Made by a program: the position numbers and the translations under genes
Notes under the pieces: generated by a model
What the model was told of the DNA's origin: nothing
The model's input: the letters and a program-made list of their open reading frames with translations, nothing else
The model's database searches: none
In this document: piece by piece, positions 11,887 through 24,351 of the stretch
Position numbering within the stretch: the stretch's first letter is position 1
Layout: each line of letters begins with the position of its first letter
Assembly (NCBI GenBank): GCA_043228905.1
Contig: JBHGNT010000012.1
Location: 15,066,001-15,130,000 of the forward strand
DNA: 64,000 nt
Direction: 5' to 3'
Source: Azolla caroliniana
Lineage: Eukaryota; Plantae; Polypodiophyta

Positions 11887-12793
11887 ACCATTGTTTGTCA
11901 AACAAGAATCGTCGTTTAGCGGTTTTCGAATATTAAAATCATCGATTCACTTCACAAACCTCATGTAAGAAGAGGATCCAGCCTTCACTACATATCTTAC
12001 CTACTTTAGGTGAATTAACCTAGTTGGCGATCACTTTAACATACATTATGTGACCTACTTTATGCGACTTTGCCTATTTCGTAATCGCATGACTCTAACA
12101 TGCCGGCAGTTTCAAATTACAGACCAATGAAACAAACCCAGATTTACAACAGAGAACCCTAAATCCTAGTTAGTCTTTTAATTATCCAAAGTAACCGTTC
12201 ACAGCTACATGTACACCAAATACAATAATACAATTTCCAAACCAATTTTGTTACAGTGCATTTAATATTACTTATTCAATTATACTATTATGAGCTTTTT
12301 ATTATTGTTGTTTTGACATTTCCTTTTTACAAGAAATATTGTATACTTAGAAGCTTGACCTATTTGATGTTCGCTTTCCACTAACGCATTTAGAATTATT
12401 GTGTTATTCATGGATACGGTGCAACTCGTAGTACGTTCAATTCTTGGATTGCCTCGACTTGAATACGACACGTAATTTAGTTGATAAGTGCATATCTTAT
12501 CATTCCGCTCGCACCCTCATCACGGCATTTCTTCTATCTCTTTAGAATATACTACTTTTGTAAGATAATTTTCTCTAGTCGTATGATTCTCGTTCAGTGT
12601 CAAAGTGGTCCTCAGGTCTATTTTGGACTGCCCACAATTAATAATAGGGAGAACCACAATTACGGTAGTAGAGTTATTAATAACCACGTTTGTTTGTTTT
12701 TCCAAAAACATGTAAGGGTAATAATTGAGATTCACATCAAATTCAATTTTGCACCAAAACCTTTATGGCTGACCTTTTCTTTGTATCCTTCGA

Positions 12794-12865
12794 GGGCATT
12801 TGGTCTAGTGGTATGATTCTCGCTTAGGGTGCGAGAGGTCTCGAGTTCAATTCTCGAAATGCCCC
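12794..12865 (+). tRNA. tRNA-Pro(AGG)
   Basis: Identical to 5334-5405. Confidence 0.92.
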
Positions 12866-13038
12866 TCATACAGCTATAGTAACAATAATGTCAATAATTG
12901 AACATATTTACAATGTTCACAATTGTATTTTTTCATGTTGGCGAACCAACATGGTGTCGGGGTGTAGTTTATCATCACGTTACGAAGGATCTTGAATTTC
13001 TTAATTTGAGACGTGTACTCGTTGTTGTCGTGCAACAA

Positions 13039-13112
13039 GGCTTCGTGGTATAGTTGGTGATCACGTCAGTCTAACACACTGAAGGTCTCCGGTTCGAACC
13101 CGGACGAAGCTA
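13039..13112 (+). tRNA. tRNA-Val(AAC), slightly mutated
   Basis: Intact anticodon and T arms; G>A in the D stem; G1-U72 pair. Confidence 0.75.
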
Positions 13113-14018
13113 ACCTCTGTTTCTCAAACAAGAGTAGTCATTTAGTGGTTTTGGAATATTAAAATCATCGATTCACTTTACAAACCTCATTCAAGAAGAG
13201 GATCTTGCCTTCACTACATATCTGACCTGCTTTTCAATAAATAACCTAGTTGGCATTCACTCTAACATGCATTGTGTGACCTAGTTTATGCGATTTTGCG
13301 TATTTCGTGATCACATGACTCTAACATGCCGGCAGTCCTGAATTAGAGACCGATGAAACAAACCCAGATTTACAACAGAGGATCCTAAATCCTAGTTAGT
13401 CTTTCAATTATCCAAAATAACCCTTCACATCTACATGTACACCATATACAATGATACAATTTCCATACCAATTTTGTGAGAGTTCATTTAATGTTACTTA
13501 TTCAATTATAGTATGTGACATTTATTTTCTTCTTGCTTTCACATTTCCTTGTTACGAGAAATATTGTATACTTAGAACCTTGACAAGTTTCATGTTCGCT
13601 TTCCTGTAACGCATTTAGAATTATCGTGTGATTCATGGATACGGTGTGAGTGGTAGTGTGTTAAATTCTTGGATTGCCTCTACTTTAATACGACACGTTG
13701 TTTAGTTGATAAGTGCATATCTTATCATTGCGCTCGCACCCTCATCACGACATTTCTTCTACCTCTTTAGAATATACTACTTTTGTAAGGTAATTTGCGT
13801 GAGTCGTATGATTCTCGCTCAGTTTGAAAGTCGTCCTCAGGTCTATTTCAGAATGCCCAGTATTAATAATAGGGATAACCACACTTACGGTAGTAGAGTT
13901 CATAATAAACAAATTTGTTTGTTTTTCCAAAACCATGTAGGGGTAATAATTTAGATTCACATCTAATTCAATTTTGCACCAAAACCTTTATGGATGACCT
14001 TTTCTTTGTATCCTTCGA

Positions 14019-14090
14019 GGGCATTTGGTCTAGTGGTATGATTCTCGCCTAGGGTGCGAGAGGTCTCGAGTTAAATTCTCGAAATGCCCC
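14019..14090 (+). pseudogene. tRNA-Pro(AGG), B-box mutated
   Basis: T loop TTAAATT instead of TTCAATT; otherwise a Pro cloverleaf. Confidence 0.7.
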
Positions 14091-14237
14091 TCATACAGTT
14101 ATAGTAACAGTAATGTCAATAATTGAACATATTTACAATGTTCAGAAATGTATTTCTACATGTTGACGCACCAACATGGTGTCGCGGTGTAGTTTGTGAT
14201 AACGTTACAAAGGATCTTGAATTTTCTTACAATACGT

Positions 14238-15069
14238 TGTCGTAGTGTATTTCGTAGACTACGTGAAAAACTTGAGTAAATATGAGTAAATAGTAGAAAA
14301 TATTAAAATATATATAACATGCATAAGGCAAGATTCAAACCTTGCACCTCCATGTTAATAATGTAATGTCTTACCATTACACTAGCATTTCATTAGTGTT
14401 TAAAAGTAGATGTTCAACATAGAAAGGTTAGATTACCTAGGATAAACTTTAGTTAAAAGAAAACGCATGCTAAAAGAAAAACTTACGCATGCACATCTAG
14501 CGTGCATGAATGCTATAGTTGATAAAAAACGCACAAGTTAAAAAAAGCATGATCACTTTAGTTAAAGCATATAGTCTATCTATAGGAAAAGCATGGAGTC
14601 TATAGTTAGAGAAAAAAAAGCATGGATTCCTAAGACTCCCTCATCACTACATAAGGATGGGGAGCACAATGTAATAGGGTTGTGAAAAATAATTGGGAAA
14701 TTGGATATATTTCCTAAACCACCAATTAATATAATCACGGGATTCACGAAGTTTTATATAATCTATCTCTTTCAATCTAAATTCATATTCTTACATAAAT
14801 ATTGATTAATGTAATACTTGTGGGATTCACAAGGTTTGATCTCTTTTCTACTCCTAATCTAAACTATTCTAAACTATTTCAATTTATTACTATGATTAAG
14901 AGAAACTAAAACAACTCTACTTGTGGGATTCACAAGTTTCTATATCTCTTTCTTATAATCTATTCATATTCATAACTAGATTAACCTCAAATTCTTCCTC
15001 CTCCTAGTCCAAAACCTCGGTGGTTCCCATCCGACTCACGCAAACGATCTAGCGCCGAAAGGCACGACA
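14238..15069. mobile_element. Solo LTR inserted in the Pro-Val spacer
   Basis: TGTCGT...ACGACA inverted termini; ACGT duplicated at 14234-14237 and 15070-15073; other monomers show the empty site TATACGTTGTTCTAC. Confidence 0.8.
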
Positions 15070-15123
15070 ACGTTGTTCTACTTTCTTAATTTGAGACGTG
15101 TACTCGTTATTGTAACGCAACAA

Positions 15124-15197
15124 GATTTCGTGGTGTAGTTGGTGATCACGTCAGTCTCACACACTGAAGGTCTTAGGTTGGACCCCGGACGAAGCCA
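15124..15197 (+). pseudogene. tRNA-Val(CAC) pseudogene
   Basis: AAC-type body with CAC anticodon, damaged T arm (TTAGGTTGGACC), G2>A. Confidence 0.75.
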
Positions 15198-16057
15198 ACC
15201 TTTGTTTCTCAAACAAGAGTCGTCCTTTAGCACTTTTGCAATATTAAAATCATCCATTCACTTTAGAAACGTCATTCAAGAAGAGGATCCAACATTCACT
15301 ACATATCTGACCTGCTTTTCGTGAATTAACCTAGTTGGCATTCACTCTAGAATGCATTGTGTGAGCTAGTTTATGCGATTTTGACTATTTCGTGATCACA
15401 TGACTCTAACATGTCGGCAGTCTCGAATTAGAGACCGATGAAACAAACCCAGATTTACAATAGAGGATCCTAAATCCTAGTTAGTCTTTCAATTATCCAA
15501 AATAACACTTCACATCTACATGTACACCATATACATTGATACAATTTCCATACCAATTTTGTGAGAGTGCATTTAATATTACTTATTCAATTATACTATC
15601 TCAGATTTATTTTCTTCTGTTTTTGACATTTCCTTTTTACAAGAAGTATTATATACTTAGAATCTTGACATGTTTCATGATCGTTTTTCTCTAACGCATT
15701 TATAATTATTGTGTGATTCATGGATATGGTGCGAGTAGTAGTGCATTCAATTTTTGAATTGCGTCCGCTTCAATACGACACGTAATTTAGTTGAAAAGTG
15801 CATATCTTATCACCATAACCTTTATCTAGACCTTCGAGGGCATTTGTTCTAGTGGCCTCAGTATGGAAGTGGACCACAAGTCTATTTGGGAGCTCCCACT
15901 ATTAATAATAGGGATAATCACACTTACGGTAGTAAAGTTCATAATAAACAGATTCGTTTGTTTTTCCAAAAACATGTAGGGGTAATAATTTAGATTCACA
16001 TCTAATTCAATTCTTCACCAAAACCTCTATGGATGACCTTTTCTTTGTATCTTTCGA

Positions 16058-16129
16058 GGGCATTTGGTCTAGTGGTATGATTCTCGCTTAGGGTGCGAGA
16101 GGTCTCGAGTTCAATTCTCGAAATGCCCC
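16058..16129 (+). tRNA. tRNA-Pro(AGG)
   Basis: Intact cloverleaf identical to the other array copies. Confidence 0.92.
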
Positions 16130-16326
16130 TCATACAATTATAGTAACAATAATGTCGACAATTCAACATATTTACAATGTTCACAATTGTATTTCTACAT
16201 GTTGGCGCACCAACGTGGTGTCACAGTGTAGTTTGTGATCATTTTACAAAGGATCTTGAATTTTCTTACTATACATTGTTCTACTTTCTTAATTTGAGAC
16301 ATGCACTTGTTGTTGTCATGCAACAA

Positions 16327-16400
16327 GGTTTCGTGGTGTAGTTGGTGATCACGTCAGTCTAACACACTGAAGGTCTCCGGTTCGAGCCCGGACGAAGCCA
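16327..16400 (+). tRNA. tRNA-Val(AAC)
   Basis: Intact 74-nt cloverleaf GGTTTCG...CGAAGCCA. Confidence 0.92.
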
Positions 16401-16710
16401 ACCTTTGTTTCTCAAACAAGAGTCGTCGTTTAGCGGTTTTGGAATATGAAAATCATCGATGTACTTCACAAACCTCATTCAATAAGAGGATCCAGCCTTC
16501 ACTACATATCTAACATGCTTTACCTTAATTAACCTAGTTGGTATTCACTCTAACATGCATTGTGTGACCAAGTTTATGCGATTTTTGCGTATTTTGTGAT
16601 CATGGTGCCGCGGTGTAGTTTGTGACCATGCGACGGACCAACTTGAGTTATGCTACAGTACGTTGTTTTCTTGATTTGTGACGTTATTTCTCGTTGTTGT
16701 CATACATTAA

Positions 16711-16784
16711 GGTTTTGTGGTGTAGTTGGTGATCACGTTAGTCTCACACAATGAAGGTCTCCGGTTTGAGCCCGGATGAAACCA
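16711..16784 (+). pseudogene. Degenerate tRNA-Val(CAC)
   Basis: G-A mismatch in the anticodon stem; T loop TTTGAGC. Confidence 0.75.
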
Positions 16785-17691
16785 ATCTATGTTTCTCAAA
16801 CAACAATCATCGTTTAGTGGTTTTGGAATATTGAAATAAGGGATTCACCCCACAAACCTCATTTAAGAAGAGGATCCAGCCTTCACTACTTATTAGACCT
16901 GCTTGACGTGAATTAACCTAGTTGGCATTCACTCAAACATGCACCGTGTGACCTAGTTTATGCGATTTTACCTATTTTGTGATCGCATGACGCTAATATC
17001 CCGGCAGTCTCGAATTACAGAACGATGAAACAAACCCAGATTTACAACAGAGGACCCTAAATCCTAATTAGTTTTTCAATTATCCAAAATAACCCTTCAC
17101 ATCTATATGTACACCATATAGAATGATCCAATTTCTATACCAATTTTTTGACAGTGCATTTAATATTACTTATTCAATCATAGCATGTGAGATTTATTTT
17201 CTTCTTGTTTTGACATTTCCTTTTTACAAGAAATATTGTACACATAGAATTTTGACATGTTTGATGTTCTCTTTCGTCTAACGCATTTACAATTATCGTG
17301 TGATTCATGGATACGGTGTGAGTGGTAGTGCGTTCAATTCTTGGATTACCTCCGCTTTAATACGACCACGTAATTTAGTTGATAAGTGCATATCTTATCA
17401 TTGCGATCGCACCCTCGTCACGACATTTATTCTACCTCTTAAGAATATACTACTTTCGTAAGGTAATTTGCTCTAGTCGTATGATTCTCGCTCAGTATGG
17501 ACGTGGTCCTCAGGTCTATTTGGGAGCTCCCACTATTAATAATAGGGATAATCACACTTACGGTAGTAAAGTTCATAATAAACAGATTCGTTTGTTTTTC
17601 CAAAAACATGTAGGGGTAATAATTTAGATTCACATCTAATTCAATTCTTCACCAAAACCTCTATGGATGACCTTTTCTATGTATCCTTCGA

Positions 17692-17763
17692 GGGCATTTG
17701 GTCTAGTGGTATGATTCTCGCTTAGGGTGCGAGAGGTCTCGAGTTCAATTCTCGAAATGCCCC
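17692..17763 (+). tRNA. tRNA-Pro(AGG)
   Basis: Intact cloverleaf, HOR unit 1. Confidence 0.93.
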
Positions 17764-17960
17764 TCATACAATTATAGTAACAATAATGTCGACAATTCAA
17801 CATATTTACAATGTTCACAATTGTATTTCTACATGTTGGCGCACCAACGTGGTGTCACGGTGTAGTTTGTGATCATGTTACGAAGGATCTTGAATTTTCT
17901 TACTATACGTTGTTCTACTTTCTTAATTTGAGACGTGCACTCGTTGTTGTCATGCAACAA

Positions 17961-18034
17961 GGTTTCGTGGTGTAGTTGGTGATCACGTCAGTCTAACACA
18001 CTGAAGGTCTCCGGTTCGAGCCCGGACGAAGCCA
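17961..18034 (+). tRNA. tRNA-Val(AAC)
   Basis: Intact cloverleaf, CAACAA immediately upstream, HOR unit 1. Confidence 0.93.
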
Positions 18035-18538
18035 ACCTTTGTTTCTCAAACAAGAGTCGTCGTTTAGCGGTTTTGGAATATGAAAATCATCGATGTACTT
18101 CACAAACCTCATTCAATAAGAGGATCCAGCCTTCACTGCATATCTGACATGCTTTACGTGAATTAACCTAGTTGGTATTCACTCTAACATGCATTGTGTG
18201 ACCAAGTTTATGCGATTTTTGCGTATTTCGTGATCACATGACTCTAGCATGCCGACAGTATCGAATTAGAGACCGATGAAACAAACCCAGATTTACAATA
18301 GAGGATCCTAAATCCTAGTTAGTCTTTTAATTATCTAAAATAACCCTTCGCAACTACATATACACCATATACAATGATACAATTTCCATACCAATTTTGT
18401 GAGAGTGCATTTAATATTACTTATTCAATTAAACTATGTAAGATTTATTTTCTTCTTGTTTTGACATTTCCTTTTTACAAGAAATATTGTATACTTAGAA
18501 GTTTGACAAGTTTGATGTTCGCTTTCCTCTAACACATT

Positions 18539-18580
18539 TGAGGGTGCGATAGATGCCGAGTTCAATTCTCGGTATGCCCC
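18539..18580 (+). pseudogene. 3' half of the divergent tRNA-Pro (recurs every 3,294 bp)
   Basis: TGAGGGTGCGATAGATGCCGAGTTCAATTCTCGGTATGCCCC fused to upstream spacer by a deletion. Confidence 0.8.
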
Positions 18581-18786
18581 TCATAACAATTATACGAAGA
18601 ATAATGTTGATAATTCAACAAATCTACAATGTTCACAATTGTATTTCTACATGTTGGCGCATCAACATGTATTGCAACATGGTGCCGCGGGGTAGTTTGT
18701 GACCATGTGACGGACCAACTTGAGTTACCCTACAGTACGTTGTTTTCTTGATTTGTGACGTTATTCTCGTTGATGTCATACATTAG

Positions 18787-18860
18787 GGTTTCGTGGTGTA
18801 GTTGGTGATCACGTCAGTCTCACACACTGAAGGTCTCCGGTTCGAGCCCGGACGAAGCCA
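18787..18860 (+). tRNA. tRNA-Val(CAC), AAC-type body
   Basis: Identical to the Val(AAC) copy except the first anticodon base; HOR unit 1. Confidence 0.9.
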
Positions 18861-19725
18861 ACCTATGTTCCTCAAACAAGAGTCATCTTTTAGTGGTTTT
18901 GGAATATTGAAATAAGCGATTCAGTCCACAAACCCCGTTTAAAAAGAGGATCGAGCCTTCTGTACATATGTGACCTGCTTTACGTGAATTGACATGGTTG
19001 GCATTCACTCTAACATTCATTGTGTGATCTAGTTTATGCGATTTTTGCTACTTCGTGATCACATGACTCTTACATGCCGACAGTCTCGAATTCGAGACCG
19101 ATGAAACAAACCTAGATTTACAACAGAGGACCCTAAATCCTAGTTAGTCCTTCAATTTTCCAAAATAACCCTTCACGTCTATATATACACCATATACAAT
19201 GATACAATTTCCATACCAATTTTGTGAGAATGCATTTAATATTGCTTATTCAATTATACTACGTGAGATTTATTTTCTTCTTGGTTTGACATTTCCTTCT
19301 TACAAGAAATATTTTCCGCTTGATGTCCGCTATCCTTTAACGCATTTAGAATTATCGTGTGATTCATGGATACGGTGCGAGAGGTAGTGCGTTCAATTCT
19401 TGCATTGCCTCCGCTTTAATACGACACGTAATTTAGTTGATAAGTGCATATCTTATCATTGCGCACGCACCCTCATCAACAAATTTCTTCGGCCTCTTTA
19501 GAATTCACTACTTTTGTAAGGTAATTTGTTCTAATCGTCTGATTCTCGTTCAATGTGAAAGTGGTCCTCTCGGAATGCCCACTATTAATAATAGGGATAA
19601 CCACACTTACGGTAGTAGAGTTGATAATAAACAGATTTGTTTGTTTCTCCAAAAATAAGTAAGGGTAATAATTCAGATTCGCATCTAAATCAATTCTTCA
19701 CCAAAACCTTCATCTAGACTTTCGA

Positions 19726-19797
19726 GGGCATTTGTTCTAGTGGTATGATTCCCTCTGAGGGTGCGATAGATGCCGAGTTCAATTCTCGGTATGCCCC
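19726..19797 (+). pseudogene. Divergent tRNA-Pro pseudogene
   Basis: Broken anticodon stem, U33>G, T-T mismatch in the acceptor stem; B box intact. Confidence 0.8.
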
Positions 19798-20004
19798 TCG
19801 TAACAATTATACGAAGAATAACGTTGATAATTCAACAAATTTACAACGTTCACAATTGTATTTCTACATGCTGGCGCATCAACATGTATTGCAACATGGT
19901 GCCGCGGTGTAGTTTGTGACCATGCGACGGACCAACTTGAGTTATGCTACAGTACGTTGTTTTCTTGATTTGTGACGTTATTTCTCGTTGTTGTCATACA
20001 TTAA

Positions 20005-20078
20005 GGTTTTGTGGTGTAGTTGGTGATCACGTTAGTCTCACACAATGAAGGTCTCCGGTTTGAGCCCGGACGAAACCA
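20005..20078 (+). pseudogene. Degenerate tRNA-Val(CAC)
   Basis: Anticodon-stem mismatch, TTTGA T loop. Confidence 0.75.
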
Positions 20079-20985
20079 ATCTATGTTTCTCAAACAACAA
20101 TCATCGTTTAGTGGTTTTGGAATATTGAAATAAGGGATTCACCCCACAAACCTCATTTAAGAAGAGGATCCAGCCTTCACTACTTATTAGACCTGCTTGA
20201 CGTGAATTAACCTAGTTGGCATTCACTCAAACATGCACCGTGTGACCTAGTTTATGCGATTTTACCTATTTTGTGATCGCATGACGCTAATATCCCGGCA
20301 GTCTCGAATTACAGAACGATGAAACAAACCCAGATTTACAACAGAGGACCCTAAATCCTAATTAGTTTTTCAATTATCCAAAATAACCCTTCACATCTAT
20401 ATGTACACCATATAGAATGATCCAATTTCTATACCAATTTTTTGACAGTGCATTTAATATTACTTATTCAATCATAGCATGTGAGATTTATTTTCTTCTT
20501 GTTTTGACATTTCCTTTTTACAAGAAATATTGTACACATAGAATTTTGACATGTTTGATGTTCTCTTTCGTCTAACGCATTTACAATTATCGTGTGATTC
20601 ATGGATACGGTGTGAGTGGTAGTGCGTTCAATTCTTGGATTACCTCCGCTTTAATACGACCACGTAATTTAGTTGATAAGTGCATATCTTATCATTGCGA
20701 TCGCACCCTCGTCACGACATTTATTCTACCTCTTAAGAATATACTACTTTCGTAAGGTAATTTGCTCTAGTCGTATGATTCTCGCTCAGTATGGACGTGG
20801 TCCTCAGGTCTATTTGGGAGCTCCCACTATTAATAATAGGGATAATCACACTTACGGTAGTAAAGTTCATAATAAACAGATTCGTTTGTTTTTCCAAAAA
20901 CATGTAGGGGTAATAATTGAGATTGGCATCTAATTCAATTCTTCACCAAAACCTCTATGGATGACCTTTTCTTTGTATCCTTCGA

Positions 20986-21057
20986 GGGCATTTGGTCTAG
21001 TGGTATGATTCTCGCTTAGGGTGCGAGAGGTCTCGAGTTCAATTCTCGAAATGCCCC
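20986..21057 (+). tRNA. tRNA-Pro(AGG)
   Basis: HOR unit 2 copy. Confidence 0.93.
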
Positions 21058-21254
21058 TCATACAATTATAGTAACAATAATGTCGACAATTCAACATATT
21101 TACAATGTTCACAATTGTATTTCTACATGTTGGCGCACCAACGTGGTGTCACGGTGTAGTTTGTGATCATGTTACGAAGGATCTTGAATTTTCTTACTAT
21201 ACGTTGTTCTACTTTCTTAATTTGAGACGTGCACTCGTTGTTGTCATGCAACAA

Positions 21255-21328
21255 GGTTTCGTGGTGTAGTTGGTGATCACGTCAGTCTAACACACTGAAG
21301 GTCTCCGGTTCGAGCCCGGACGAAGCCA
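21255..21328 (+). tRNA. tRNA-Val(AAC)
   Basis: HOR unit 2 copy. Confidence 0.93.
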
Positions 21329-22080
21329 ACCTTTGTTTCTCAAACAAGAGTCGTCGTTTAGCGGTTTTGGAATATGAAAATCATCGATGTACTTCACAAA
21401 CCTCATTCAATAAGAGGATCCAGCCTTCACTGCATATCTGACATGCTTTACGTGAATTAACCTAGTTGGTATTCACTCTAACATGCATTGTGTGACCAAG
21501 TTTATGCGATTTTTGCGTATTTCGTGATCACATGACTCTAGCATGCCGGCAGTATCGAATTAGAGACCGATGAAACAAACCCAGATTTACAATAGAGGAT
21601 CCTAAATCCTAGTTAGTCTTTTAATTATCTAAAATAACCCTTCGCAACTACATATACACCATATACAATGATACAATTTCCATACCAATTTTGTGAGAGT
21701 GCATTTAATATTACTTATTCAATTAAACTATGTAAGATTTATTTTCTTCTTGTTTTGACATTTCCTTTTTACAAGAAATATTGTATACTTAGAAGCTTGA
21801 CAAGTTTGATGTTCGCTTTCCTCTAACACATTTGAGGGTGCGATAGATGCCGAGTTCAATTCTCGGTATGCCCCTCATAACAATTATACGAAGAATAATG
21901 TTGATAATTCAACAAATCTACAATGTTCACAATTGTATTTCTACATGTTGGCGCATCAACATGTATTGCAACATGGTGCCGCGGGGTAGTTTGTGACCAT
22001 GTGACGGACCAACTTGAGTTACCCTACAGTACGTTGTTTTCTTGATTTGTGACGTTATTCTCGTTGATGTCATACATTAG

Positions 22081-22154
22081 GGTTTCGTGGTGTAGTTGGT
22101 GATCACGTCAGTCTCACACACTGAAGGTCTCCGGTTCGAGCCCGGACGAAGCCA
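22081..22154 (+). tRNA. tRNA-Val(CAC)
   Basis: HOR unit 2 copy. Confidence 0.9.
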
Positions 22155-23019
22155 ACCTATGTTCCTCAAACAAGAGTCATCTTTTAGTGGTTTTGGAATA
22201 TTGAAATAAGCGATTCAGTCCACAAACCCCGTTTAAAAAGAGGATCGAGCCTTCTGTACATATGTGACCTGCTTTACGTGAATTGACATGGTTGGCATTC
22301 ACTCTAACATTCATTGTGTGATCTAGTTTATGCGATTTTTGCTACTTCGTGATCACATGACTCTTACATGCCGACAGTCTCGAATTCGAGACCGATGAAA
22401 CAAACCTAGATTTACAACAGAGGACCCTAAATCCTAGTTAGTCCTTCAATTTTCCAAAATAACCCTTCACGTCTATATATACACCATATACAATGATACA
22501 ATTTCCATACCAATTTTGTGAGAATGCATTTAATATTGCTTATTCAATTATACTACGTGAGATTTATTTTCTTCTTGGTTTGACATTTCCTTCTTACAAG
22601 AAATATTTTCCGCTTGATGTCCGCTATCCTTTAACGCATTTAGAATTATCGTGTGATTCATGGATACGGTGCGAGAGGTAGTGCGTTCAATTCTTGCATT
22701 GCCTCCGCTTTAATACGACACGTAATTTAGTTGATAAGTGCATATCTTATCATTGCGCACGCACCCTCATCAACAAATTTCTTCGGCCTCTTTAGAATTC
22801 ACTACTTTTGTAAGGTAATTTGTTCTAATCGTCTGATTCTCGTTCAATGTGAAAGTGGTCCTCTCGGAATGCCCACTATTAATAATAGGGATAACCACAC
22901 TTACGGTAGTAGAGTTGATAATAAACAGATTTGTTTGTTTCTCCAAAAATAAGTAAGGGTAATAATTCAGATTCGCATCTAAATCAATTCTTCACCAAAA
23001 CCTTCATCTAGACTTTCGA

Positions 23020-23091
23020 GGGCATTTGTTCTAGTGGTATGATTCCCGCTGAGGGTGCGATAGATGCCGAGTTCAATTCTCGGTATGCCCC
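23020..23091 (+). pseudogene. Divergent tRNA-Pro pseudogene
   Basis: HOR unit 2 copy. Confidence 0.8.
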
Positions 23092-23298
23092 TCGTAACAA
23101 TTATACGAAGAATAATGTTGATAATTCAACAAATTTACAACGTTCACAATTGTATTTCTACATGCTGGCGCATCAACATGTATTGCAACATGGTGCCGCG
23201 GTGTAGTTTGTGACCATGCGACGGACCAACTTGAGTTATGCTACAGTACGTTGTTTTCTTGATTTGTGACGTTATTTCTCGTTGTTGTCATACATTAA

Positions 23299-23372
23299 GG
23301 TTTTGTGGTGTAGTTGGTGATCACGTTAGTCTCACACAATGAAGGTCTCCGGTTTGAGCCCGGACGAAACCA
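23299..23372 (+). pseudogene. Degenerate tRNA-Val(CAC)
   Basis: HOR unit 2 copy. Confidence 0.75.
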
Positions 23373-24279
23373 ATCTATGTTTCTCAAACAACAATCATCG
23401 TTTAGTGGTTTTGGAATATTGAAATAAGGGATTCACCCCACAAACCTCATTTAAGAAGAGGATCCAGCCTTCACTACTTATTAGACCTGCTTGACGTGAA
23501 TTAACCTAGTTGGCATTCACTCAAACATGCACCGTGTGACCTAGTTTATGCGATTTTACCTATTTTGTGATCGCATGACGCTAATATCCCGGCAGTCTCG
23601 AATTACAGAACGATGAAACAAACCCAGATTTACAACAGAGGACCCTAAATCCTAATTAGTTTTTCAATTATCCAAAATAACCCTTCACATCTATATGTAC
23701 ACCATATAGAATGATCCAATTTCTATACCAATTTTTTGACAGTGCATTTAATATTACTTATTCAATCATAGCATGTGAGATTTATTTTCTTCTTGTTTTG
23801 ACATTTCCTTTTTACAAGAAATATTGTACACATAGAATTTTGACATGTTTGATGTTCTCTTTCGTCTAACGCATTTACAATTATCGTGTGATTCATGGAT
23901 ACGGTGTGAGTGGTAGTGCGTTCAATTCTTGGATTACCTCCGCTTTAATACGACCACGTAATTTAGTTGATAAGTGCATATCTTATCATTGCGATCGCAC
24001 CCTCGTCACGACATTTATTCTACCTCTTAAGAATATACTACTTTCGTAAGGTAATTTGCTCTAGTCGTATGATTCTCGCTCAGTATGGACGTGGTCCTCG
24101 GGTCTATTTGGGAGCTCCCACTATTAATAATAGGGATAATCACACTTACGGTAGTAAAGTTCATAATAAACAGATTCGTTTGTTTTTCCAAAAACATGTA
24201 GGGGTAATAATTGAGATTGGCATCTAATTCAATTCTTCACCAAAACCTCTATGGATGACCTTTTCTTTGTATCCTTCGA

Positions 24280-24351
24280 GGGCATTTGGTCTAGTGGTAT
24301 GATTCTCGCTTAGGGTGCGAGAGGTCTCGAGTTCAATTCTCGAAATGCCCC
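24280..24351 (+). tRNA. tRNA-Pro(AGG)
   Basis: HOR unit 3 copy. Confidence 0.93.

Larger units (their letters stand above)
4827..16601 (+). repeat. Heterogeneous ~1.2-kb tRNA-Pro/tRNA-Val tandem monomers, interrupted by TEs
   Basis: The same Pro-Val-spacer module recurs with many substitutions and deletions. Confidence 0.9.

Noticed and set aside
19726-19797. Divergent Pro copy as a suppressor or frameshift tRNA (TGA in the loop)
   Set aside because: The anticodon stem cannot form properly, U33 is lost and the acceptor stem has a mismatch; a pseudogene is simpler
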